Shown: positions 1-8,732, counted from the stretch's first letter. The stretch is DNA of 15,498 bases from Octopus sinensis (GCF_006345805.1 NW_021825488.1:1-15498), one strand, 5' to 3'. Made by a program: numbers and translations. The notes: generated by a model from the sequence alone, not told the origin.

Positions 1-213
1 TCGTCTCATTTTAAACTTGAAGAAAAAAAAAGCCTTGCGTATTTGTTATTACCCGTTTCATGTGTGTATGTAAAATCCACAAATTTCCAAGCAGAAAACA
101 GAACCAAACTGTCATTTGCTTCCACGGAAATACCCGAAGTGAAATGTTTTGATTTTGTCGAGTTATATCGAAGGAATGCCATATACACATACATACAACA
201 AACTAACAGGGAC

Positions 214-797
214 GCAGACCCAAAAAGTACTATCCCGGGACCCCTGGCCTGCACACTCTTATATACAAGGCTCAAAAGTACCGCCACCACTGGGCCTCCA
301 AACTTATACAGGCTTATATAGCAGACTCAAAAGGTGACCTCCCGGGACCCCTGTCCTGCACACTCTTATATACAAGGCTCAAAAGTACCGCCACCACTGG
401 GCCTCCAAACTTATACAGGTTTATATAGCAGACTCAAAAGGTGACCTCCCGGGACCCCTGTCCTGCACACTCTTATATACAAGGCTCAAAAGTACCGCCA
501 CCACTGGGCCTCCAAACTTTATATAGCAAACTCAAAAGGTGACCTCCCGGACCCCTGGCCTGCACACTCTTATATACAAGGCTCAAAAGTATCGCCACCA
601 CTGGGCCTCCAAACTTATACAGGTTTATATAGCAGACCCAAAAGTTGACCTCCCGGGACCCCTGTCCTGCACACTCTTATATACAAGGCTCAAAAGTACC
701 GCCACCACTGGGCCTCCAAACTTATACAGGCTTATATAGCAGACCCAAAAGTTGACCTCCCGGGACCCCTGGCCTGCACACTCTTATATACAAGGCT
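214..797. repeat. Minisatellite, ~5.5 copies of a 107-bp unit
   Basis: The CCCGG(G)ACCCCTG anchor recurs at 234, 341, 448, 546, 652 and 759, giving spacings of 107, 107, 98, 106 and 107. The third-to-fourth interval lacks ATACAGGTT. There are no unique spacers. Confidence 0.95.
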
Positions 798-808
798 AGA
801 TGCGAGAG

Positions 809-986
809 CTAATACCGGCTCCATGGAATCAACACTGAAGATTTCACCTTAAATAGCTGTTCTAAAGTATTATCACTGACATCCGTGGAAAGGATAATTC
901 CGAGGAGGCATGTAGATAAGAAGGACACGTGGAGGGTATAAGCACACAAAATTATAAAGAATACTGGCGGAATGTCTATGTGAAGA
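809..986 (-). CDS. Candidate internal or terminal coding exon (hydrophobic, TM-like: LHIDIPPVFFIILCAYTLHVSFLSTCLLGIILS...)
   Basis: Strong minus-strand acceptor TGTGTTTGCATCTTGCATTTTCTTGCAG (AG at 988-987). The phase-2 frame is open to TAG at 811-809 and is phase-compatible with the 3235-3099 exon. Possible donors are after 881 (GTCAGT) or 848 (GTGAAA). No homolog recognised. Confidence 0.35.
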
Positions 987-1828
987 CTGCAAGAAAATGC
1001 AAGATGCAAACACAACAGAACAGCGAGTTAATGATCTGGGCAGGGTTGTCATAACAGCATTATGATCAATACACTGGGCCCTCAATTATTTATTTATTTA
1101 TTTATTTATTGCTATTCTCCGTACACAGAATTAGGCTCCTAGGCCCTTGAAATACCTGGGCAAATTTTCAGCGTGCAAATGCCAAAAGACGGCATTGGAT
1201 CTGAGAGAAAAACAAAAACTGTATACACTCTTGTTGAAGTCAGTTTTCTAACAGATGTCAACATAATATTAAGGATACATAATATTAAGGATTAGTGAAA
1301 ACGAAACACATTTATGCCGAACTGGTGAGAGAGATCTACTGGTACTTCATCCGGACAATAATTTTAGAGTTATAATTAAATGCTTGGTTACGTAATTAAC
1401 TGCATCCAGTCCAATCTTGGGGTGGGGGGTTCTAAACACGAAAGACCAGCCCTATTTAGAAGATTGCAGCTACAAGCTGTCAAAGGTACCATTGAAGTGT
1501 AAAAAAACCTGCATGAAGGTTTGCACATAATGAGGCCCACATATGCAATGACATCGATGCCTGCATCCATGTGTACATACATATATATATGCATAACATG
1601 CTCACAAACATACATATGCACATGCATACATGATATATATATATTTAGATATATATATGCAAACATGCACACACATTTATGCATTCTTAACTATCCGAGG
1701 GGAGTTCAACCCACAACCTTACACGCCGTTGTTTTGAGCTTCGTTTCAAAACCCATCGTTCTTAACTTAAAAATATGTGTGTGTATATACATATGCATAC
1801 ACATAAATACATGCATAATATATGCATA

Positions 1829-2197
1829 GGCGCAGGAGTGGCTGTGTGGTAAGTAGCTTGCTAACCAACCACATGGTTCCGGGTTCAGTCCCACTGCGTG
1901 ACATCTTGGGTAGATGTCTTCTGCTATAGCCCCGGGCGGACCAATGCCTTGTGAGTGGATTTGGTAGACGGAAATTGAAAGAAGCCTGTCGTATATATGT
2001 ATATATGTGTGTGTGTTTGTCCCCCTAGCATTGCTTGACAACCGATGCTGGTGTGTTTACGTCCCCGTCACTTACGGTTCGGCAAAAGAGACCGATATAA
2101 TAAGTACTGGGCTTACAAAGAATAAGTCCCGGGGTCGATTTGCTCGACTAAAGGCGTTGCCCAGCATGGCCGCAGTCAAATGACTGAAACAAGTAAA

Positions 2198-2200
<3 letters not shown>
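1829..2200 (+). mobile_element. Full-length tRNA-derived SINE, family A (octopus OK/OR-like; exact name not assigned)
   Basis: tRNA-like head with A-box-like TGGCTGTGTGG and B-box-like GGTTCAGTCCC, a CORE-like CTTGGG-AG-TGTCTT segment, an internal (TA)/(TG) tract, and tail CAGCATGGCCGCAGTCAAATGACTGAAACAAGTAAAAGA. The same head recurs at 5755 and 5950 and the same tail at 6285. Confidence 0.9.
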
Positions 2201-2234
<34 letters not shown>

Positions 2235-2259
2235 CATAATACACACGCACACACACACA

Positions 2260-2338
<79 letters not shown>

Positions 2339-2366
2339 ACATACATACATACATACATACATACAT
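2201..2366. repeat. Compound microsatellite (TA)n-(CA)n-(TATC)n-(TACA)n
   Basis: Read directly from the sequence. Confidence 0.97.
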
Positions 2367-2562
2367 AAGATTACCTAGTTTGCTGTTGTTTAAATTCCAG
2401 TGAAAAGAAGACTTGTCTTGGGTTTAGAAACCGTTTGTCTCCGTTGAGGAGAAATTCGAAAAATAAACCGAAGAATGCATACACAAATGCACGCACACAC
2501 ACACACACATTGCTATAACATTAAAATAAAATGTATATAAATATATGTATATATATCTATTA

Positions 2563-2797
2563 CAGGGTGGCCCCAAAATAGGTTTACAGTTATCACGTAG
2601 GCAGTTTAAATTTCTTTTAAAACTATTTATTACATTTAAATTTCTCTCTTACAAACTGGAAAGGAGCTTGACAAAATTAACTAAATTAGCATAGAATAAT
2701 TATTTCATATTTTTTTTATAATTAAAATCTAAACTGTTAATATATGAATGCGAAAGAGGTAGTTGAATAACCGTAAACCCACTTTTGGGCCACCCTG
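2563..2797. mobile_element. Tc1/mariner-type MITE, 235 bp
   Basis: 31-bp TIRs (CAGGGTGGCCCCAAAATAGGTTTACAGTTAT and the right-end counterpart, 4 mismatches). TA duplication at 2561-2562 and 2798-2799. AT-rich non-coding interior. Confidence 0.92.
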
Positions 2798-2804
2798 TAT
2801 ATCT

Positions 2805-3020
2805 ATTTCTTTACTACCCACAAGGGGCTAAACACAGAAAGGACAGACAAACGGATTAAGTCGATTATATCGACCCCAGTGCGTAACTGGTACTTATTTA
2901 ATTAACCCCGAAAGGATGAAAGGCAAAGTCGACCTGGGCGGAATTTGAACTCAGAACGTAAAGACAGACGAAATACGGCTACGTATGTCGCCCGGCGTGC
3001 TAACGTTTCTGCCAGCTCGC
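2805..3020 (-). mobile_element. tRNA-derived SINE, family M (central domain resembles Meta/MESC type)
   Basis: Minus strand reads GCGAGCTGGCAGAAACGTTAGCACG...GAGTTCAAATTCCGCC...GCCTTTCATCCTTTCGGGG...TAAGTACCAG. Perfect 12-bp TSD CCCTGTATATCT at 2793-2804 and 3021-3032. The domain name is recalled, not searched. Confidence 0.9.
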
Positions 3021-3029
3021 CCCTGTATA

Positions 3030-3063
<34 letters not shown>

Positions 3064-3098
3064 CATACACACATATATTCCATTAATGGTAGACGTAC

Positions 3099-3235
3099 CT
3101 GATGGAACAGTGGCAGGTGGTATCACAGTTGGTTGTAGCCAGAACATATCCAAGAGACGGAAGTGACAATAGACACCAGAGCAATAAATACCCATAGCCA
3201 AGTTGATGGAAAGAATAATCCTTGAATCGGTGCAT
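3099..3235 (-). CDS. Candidate first coding exon: MHRFKDYSFHQLGYGYLLLWCLLSLPSLGYVLATTNCDTTCHCSI (signal-peptide-like, then C-x3-C-x-C)
   Basis: ATG at 3235 in an AAAAACT context with an in-frame TAA at 3247-3245. Hydrophobic core ends in V-L-A. Good donor CAG|GTACGT (GT at 3098-3097), phase 2. Upstream acceptor CAACAG at 3484-3482 with a CTTAAT branch-like motif. Another frame is also plausible (see findings). Confidence 0.45.
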
Positions 3236-3524
3236 AGTTTTTAATTAAATCTATCAGCTTAGTGTTGTACTGATAATACTGTACTGATTGCGTTGAGTGT
3301 TATGAAAATAAATTATTAATGATAATAATAATAGCAATAATAAATATGGATTTGACAATAATTCACTTCAAATTTTCAGGCAGTAACGGACGAAGTTGCG
3401 GGTGACGGACGGGTTGATAGCAATCTCAAGAGATGGTGGTATTCACAATGTTTTTGAAACCAGTTGAAGAGATCAAATATTCTGTTGGCGTATGTGGGGA
3501 ATAAATTAAGTGTATATCCGTTTT

Positions 3525-3527
<3 letters not shown>

Positions 3528-3590
<63 letters not shown>

Positions 3591-3594
3591 ATAT
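3528..3594. repeat. (TA)n microsatellite
   Basis: Read directly from the sequence. Confidence 0.97.
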
Positions 3595-4145
3595 ATGTGT
3601 GTGGAGGAGAAAGGAGAGTGACAGCGAAAGAGAGTGCGAGAGAGCAAGGTGGGGTGCAGAGACGGTGTGGTAGATAGATAAATAGTTATCGATAAGAATA
3701 TAGAGATAGACAGATATATAGAGAGATGCAGAGAACGAGCTAAAAGCAGAAAGGAAAACAAAGAGAATTTAAGAATAACAAGTTTGTGAATAAGGTTAAA
3801 TAAAAATTTAATAGCAGTTTTAAAAAAAAATACTGAATGTGTTTACATCACTTGTTATTGTTTTTGGGTGGTTATACTGATTATTGTTATTATCATTATT
3901 GCTTTGTTTAAAGTTTGCTTGATAATCCAAGAGATAACGAGTAAAATTTATAGATATCGGAATTGCGAACGAGTGTGTTATTTGAGCCTGTGTATTTTCT
4001 GTTACTGTGTCGGTGCGATGGAGGTTAGGACCGTCGTCAGTGTCTCGGTATGTACCATGCCAGGGCGAAGTAGGAAGTAGTAGCAAGCAGTCAGACGCTT
4101 TGGCCTGGCTGTTGAATTTAGTTTTAAGCTCCAACGGTCAGTGGG

Positions 4146-4294
4146 TGACGTGAAGCCCTTTTTCGTTTCGATTCGTTTCGTTTCTTTCTTCTTCTTCTTC
4201 TTCTTCTTCTTCTCCTTCAAAACAACGTGAGCTGAGAGCGGTTCTGCTTTTCTTTCCTTCTTTTCAAATCTTCAACCGGTCGAAATCCACGTCA
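4146..4294. promoter_or_regulatory. CpG-rich unique segment with two oppositely oriented TGACGTG(A/G) bZIP-type motifs flanking a (TTC)n tract
   Basis: TGACGTGA at 4146-4153 (+) and TGACGTGG at 4294-4287 (-). Motif match only. Confidence 0.25.
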
Positions 4295-4617
4295 AAAACA
4301 ACCACAACACCTCAACATCGGTAAAACGGATAAACGAAACAACCACATGTCCGGGCAATTGAAGTTACCGACGGATTAGTACTTACTCCCTGGGAATATT
4401 TATAATATAATATAATACAATATAATATCGTATAATATATATGTGGTTGGCGGAGAGCACTTTGAGTCTAGGGGCAACCACAGCCTTTAAACAGAGGCGA
4501 ATTAATGATATTTTAGCAGTTTTTATGGGACTGGTTTGTATTATATGAGAATTGTTTGTGCACTTTGGTAACATTTCTTCTCTCTTACCATTCCTTGCCC
4601 TCAATATACAAACTTAC

Positions 4618-5126
4618 CCCCACCTGCTTGTCAAGCCTTTACCGAGCCTGTCTGACTGACGGCCTGCCTTCTGGGGGGAGTTCGGATGGTAGTGGTGGTG
4701 GTGGTGGTGGGATGAGAGGTGGTGGTGGTGGTGGTGTGAGCTATTTCTCCCACTTCCTCTCTCAATCTCTTCCTGTGACAGTGGTTGGTTGGAGTGGAAG
4801 GGGAGGACGATGGAGGTGGTGGTTCCCCCCCATAGCAGTAACAGTAACAGTAGTAGTAGTAGTAGGAGTAGTGGTGGTGCTGGTGGTAGTGGTTGCGATT
4901 ACTGAAGTGGTGGAATTGATGGCATTGGGAGTTTGGGATGCGTGTGCGTGTGCGTGTAAGAAGGCGGCGTTAATAGTAGTAGTAGTAGTAGTAGTAGCGG
5001 TGCGTGCGGTAGCTGAAGTGGTGGTGGTGGTGGCGGTGGTAGTAGTGATGGCGGTGAGGGACGGCATAAAAGAAGGTGGTGTCAGTGGTAGCAATATTAA
5101 TAATAATAGTAGTAGTAGTAGTAGTC

Positions 5127-5161
<35 letters not shown>

Positions 5162-5544
5162 CTCCGCCTTCTTATTAATATTGTAAGTATTAAATAAGTG
5201 TCGTCACCCCAACACACCGCCATAACCACTAACACCATCAACATTACAACAACTACTACTACTACTACTACCACTACTACAACAACTACTGCTGCTGCTG
5301 CTGCTACTACCACTACTGCTAGTACCGCCACCACCATTACCACCGCCGCCACCACCACCACCATCACCACAACAATCACCGCCGCTGCCGCCGCCACCGC
5401 TTCTACTACCACCACCACCATCATCACCACCACCACTACCACCACCACCACCGCCACCACAACATCAACCACCACCACCACCACCACCACCACCGCCGCC
5501 GCCGCCGCCACCACCACCACTACATACAACTTAATACGAAAACT
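4618..5544 (-). other. Candidate first exon rich in triplet repeats
   Basis: Initiator-like TCAGTT at 5546-5541 (-) and canonical donor GGG|GTAAGT at 4617-4612. Contains an ORF with a poly-Leu stretch and a Thr-rich region (ATG 5223 to TGA 4762) and a His-rich segment in another frame. Confidence 0.35.
4689..5522. repeat. Degenerate triplet-repeat block: (GGT/AGT)n left half, (ACC/ACT/GCC)n right half
   Basis: Read directly from the sequence; strand polarity switches around 5165-5220. Confidence 0.95.
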
Positions 5545-5754
5545 GACGCCGATCCCATCCTTGGTTTCTCATTTCACACTTTCCCCTCTAAACTTCTATT
5601 ACACATTTTCTCTCTCTCCCTCACACACACAGACACAAACACACACACAAACACACACACACACAAACACACGCACACACACACACACGCACACACACAT
5701 AGAGACGCACTTATATACATATATGTACGTCTCTACCCGTACGAGTGCATATAC

Positions 5755-5853
5755 GAGGCATGGCTGTGTGGTAAGAGACTTGCTTCATAACCACACGCTT
5801 CTCCCGGTTCAATTCCACTGCGTAGCACCCTACGCAAGTGTCTACTACTATAA
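5755..5853 (+). mobile_element. 5' fragment of family A SINE
   Basis: GGCATGGCTGTGTGGTAAG...CGGTTCAATTCCACTGCG...GCAAGTGTCT aligns to the 1829 head. It is truncated where the hAT-like end begins. Confidence 0.8.
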
Positions 5854-5856
5854 TAG

Positions 5857-5925
5857 CAGGGCTGGGGAAACTTTTTAGTGCAGCGGGCAGAAATTTCCAA
5901 AAAAAAAAAAAGGTCCACGGGCGGA
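5857..5925 (+). mobile_element. Probable single end of a hAT/Charlie-like DNA element
   Basis: CAGGGCTGGGGAAACTTTTT...GCGGGC resembles Charlie/MER58-type termini. No partner TIR or 8-bp TSD found. Confidence 0.4.
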
Positions 5926-5949
5926 TCACAAGTTCTAACTCTTATATCT

Positions 5950-6349
5950 GTGGTTGTGTGGTTCCTGTAGTTTGCTTACCAACCACATGGTTTCGGGTTC
6001 AGTCCCACTGCGTGGCACCTTGGGCAAGTGTCTTCTACTATAGCCTCGGGCCGACCAAAGCCTTGTGAGTGGATTTAGTAGACGGAAACTGAAAGAAGCT
6101 CGTCGTATATGTATGTATGTATATATATAAATATATATGTATATATAGCGGACTTGCGGTCGGAGGATCGCGGTTTCGATTCCCAGACCGGGCGTTGTGT
6201 GTGTTTATTGAGCGAAAAAACACCTAAAAGTTCCACGAGGCTCCGGCAGGAGGTGGTGATCCCTGCTGTACTCTTTCACCACTCTAAAGGCGGTGCTCCA
6301 GCATGGCCGCAGTCAAATGACTGAAACAAGTACAAAAAAAAAAAAAAAA
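5950..6349 (+). mobile_element. Chimeric SINE: family A head/body (5950-6105), (TA)n, family B head/body (6148-6284), family A tail (6285-6333), A16
   Basis: Segment-wise match to the 1829-2200 copy (A) and to the 12803 and 14316 copies (B). Confidence 0.85.
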
Positions 6350-6472
6350 TTAAGGATAAAATCTTAATAAGAAATCTTAACAAGAAATTATCAGGTAGTT
6401 AGCGTGAAAAACCTCATAAGAGAAAAAAATCTGAAAATTTTTTCACTTGAAAATATTTATTTATATTATATA

Positions 6473-6722
6473 GAGGGCATTATTACACATAAATGCCACA
6501 CGCTAGGAGAGACTTTCAAAGTCATTACTACCAAAAATAAACGAATCGTCCCAAATACAGATCTCGAAGCAAGACATTTAGAAAAAGAATTAATTTGGAA
6601 CTAAATTCTTTTTCTAAATGTCTTGCTTCGAGATCTGTATTTGGGACGATTCGTTTATTTTTGGTGGTAATGACTTTGAAAGTCCCTCCTAGCGTGTGGC
6701 ATTTATGTGTAATAATGCCCTC
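6473..6722. mobile_element. Palindromic (foldback) non-autonomous DNA element, 250 bp; superfamily unresolved (Sola2-like GAG..CTC or Academ-like TAG..CTA ends)
   Basis: 119-bp arms at 6473-6591 and 6604-6722 with only 2 mismatches (6510/6685 and 6529/6666), a 12-nt loop, and TATA on both sides. Confidence 0.9.
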
Positions 6723-6728
6723 TATATA

Positions 6729-6759
<31 letters not shown>

Positions 6760-6806
6760 CATATACATGTGTGTGTGTATGTATTAGTATTAATGTATGT
6801 ATGTTA

Positions 6807-7196
6807 TCTCTCTCTATATAAAGCTGAAGTTGTCTGTGTGCGCCAGGTTTGGTAGCCTTCAACTAACACTATCTCCTCTGAGACCCTGCGGCGCAAGTTG
6901 ACCAAAATTGAGAGTATGATAGAAGGGTTGCTCTTCCTTCCGTAGAAGATAAAATTCAAATCGGACCATGTTAACACCAAAAATTATTTACATCAAAAAG
7001 GTGCTTTTTTTCTATGAAAATCCCTATTTTTTACGATTTTTTCACTGCTGTGTCGCCACTTTTCGGTGTATTTCAACCAGAAAAATGTTCTCTTGAAGAG
7101 AATAAATAAGCTACATAATGCAAAATTTTTACTTTTCAAAAATTCCAATTCCAGCGGGTCGAAACAAACCCGAGCAACGCCGGGCGATACTGCTAG
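6807..7196 (+). mobile_element. Non-autonomous Helitron
   Basis: A|TC 5' end (TCTCTCTCTATATAAAG...TTGTCTGTG), subterminal GC hairpin CCCGAGCAACGCCGGG at 7169-7184, CTAG|T 3' end, no TSD. Confidence 0.85.
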
Positions 7197-7930
7197 TATA
7201 TATATATGTGTATTCAAAGCAATGAATAGCTTTGCGGAAACCATGGTACGCTTTGTTTTCTGACTTTATAATCATCTCATAATTAATGACTTTTATGACT
7301 TTTATTACTACCTCAGTTCATCTAATTGTATATATCTGTCGTTACCTTTCATAAATAGCCTTTTTTTTTATTTACAATGTGCATTTTCGTTGATTTTTCG
7401 TGTATTTTATATTTTCTTTTTGTAACATATTTCTACTATATATATATTCAGAAATCAAAAAACGTATTGTAATAAACAAACGAACGGAAAACAGACTGAG
7501 AAGGTAAATATAAGATGTTCAAAACGTCCTTCCGCAGTGATTTTTTTTCTCCAGTATGTATTCCAAAACAAGTGAAGAGTCCCCTTATGTATTGAAAATG
7601 AAGGACGATACTTTCAAAACCTCTTCCAAAGTTTTTTTAAAGTTTTGTGAAGTCTAATATATTCTTTTGTAGTCTTACACCATCTTATAAATATTTATCT
7701 TATAAATATTAATACTGCGGAGAGACTTTTTGAACGCACTGTATAATCGACCACATATCTTTACGTACATGGCTGGTGTGTTTGCACGTAGGCTCCAAAA
7801 TCGCGTGGCGGAGATTACTCCCTGAAAGCGCCGGGTGTCAAAACAGGTGAGACAATCCACCCCAGATCCAATTCAGGAGTGATGGACATCGATGTTTCAC
7901 CATTTTTGTAGGTTATCAAAATCACGTACC

Positions 7931-8335
7931 CGACGACCAAATTCCACACTGTTTCCATCTACCAAATTCACTCATAAAGAATTTGTCTGCCCCGAGGCTG
8001 GAGGAGAAGACATTTGGCCCAGGTGCTGCGCTGTTAGGGTACTGAACCCGCTGTAGAAGCACATCGCCAAGTGGTTAAAGCAGCAGACTCGCGGTCGAGG
8101 GATCGCGGATTCGAATCTCAGACCGGGTGATGTGTGTGTTTATGAGCGAAAACACCTAAGCTCCACGCGGCTCCGACAGAAGGTACTCCTGCATCTTGCA
8201 GCTCACCTACGACGGACCGGCGTCCCGTCCAGGTGGGGAACCTATACGCCAAGGAAACCGGGAAACCGGCCCTTATGAGCCAGGCATGGCTCGAGAAGGA
8301 ACAAACAACAAAAACTGAACTCGCTATCATGCGCC
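7931..8335 (-). mobile_element. Old, diverged family A-like SINE, interrupted by the 8053-8313 SINE
   Basis: 7931-8052 aligns to the reverse complement of the family A body (TTTCCATCTACCAAATTCACTC...CCGAGGCT...GAAGACA...ACTGAACCC). Weak continuation after 8325. Confidence 0.7.
8053..8313 (+). mobile_element. Family B SINE (tRNA-Arg-like head) with tail type 2 ending in (AAC)n
   Basis: Head ...AGTGGTTAAAGCAGCAGACTCGCGGTCGAGGGATCGCGGATTCGAATCTCAGACCGG. 12-bp TSD ACTGAACCCGCT (8041-8052) / ACTGAACTCGCT (8314-8325). Confidence 0.88.
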
Positions 8336-8524
8336 CTTATACAGATGTATGTACGCACATGTAACACAGACGAAATGCAAAAGGGAGATGTAGCGATTTT
8401 CATGCCTTGCTCAAAGCGCGGTGAAAGCAAAGAGTGATGAAATAGCGAATTCGCCGGTCGCAAGTCGAATATTTTGTTCGTTTTAGAGTCTTCTGTTATA
8501 ATGTTTGTTTTTGTGGGTGCGAAT

Positions 8525-8732
8525 ATACATACATAATACATACATACATGCATTTATACATACCTACACACATACATGCATACATACATACATACATACA
8601 TACGTATATAACTACATACATATATACATGCTTGCATGCACACATAACCACATACATACATTCTTACATGTATTCATGCATGCATAGATACACACATACA
8701 TACATGCATGCATGCATACATACACACATACA
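8525..8732. repeat. Degenerate (TACA)n/(TGCA)n microsatellite
   Basis: Read directly from the sequence. Confidence 0.95.

Noticed and set aside
214-797. CRISPR-like regular spacing
   Set aside because: The whole units repeat, there are no unique spacers or cas genes, and the context is eukaryotic. The ORFs here are repeat translations and 107 is not a multiple of 3.
1731-1752. Hairpin GTTTTGAGCTTCGTTTCAAAAC resembling a Cas9-type repeat start
   Set aside because: A single 7-bp stem with no array or nuclease gene nearby; expected by chance.
1829-1910. SINE heads (also at 8053, 10113, 12803, 14316) as functional tRNA genes
   Set aside because: They lack a complete cloverleaf and continue into SINE bodies and tails.
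3820-4220. Minus-strand ORFs of 104 and 72 aa
   Set aside because: TTG starts, partly derived from (GAA)n or (AAT)n repeats, with no recognisable domain or consistent splice sites.
5198-5878. Plus-strand 226-aa Thr/Ala-rich ORF, and the poly-Val/Gly/Ser ORF at 4556-5197
   Set aside because: Non-ATG starts, made of triplet and dinucleotide repeats, with no plus-strand splice support.
7792-7846. Plus-strand 55-nt exon candidate (TAG|...AACAG|GTGAGA; APKSRGGDYSLKAPGVKT)
   Set aside because: Isolated, with a mediocre acceptor and no partner exons. Cannot be supported without RNA data.
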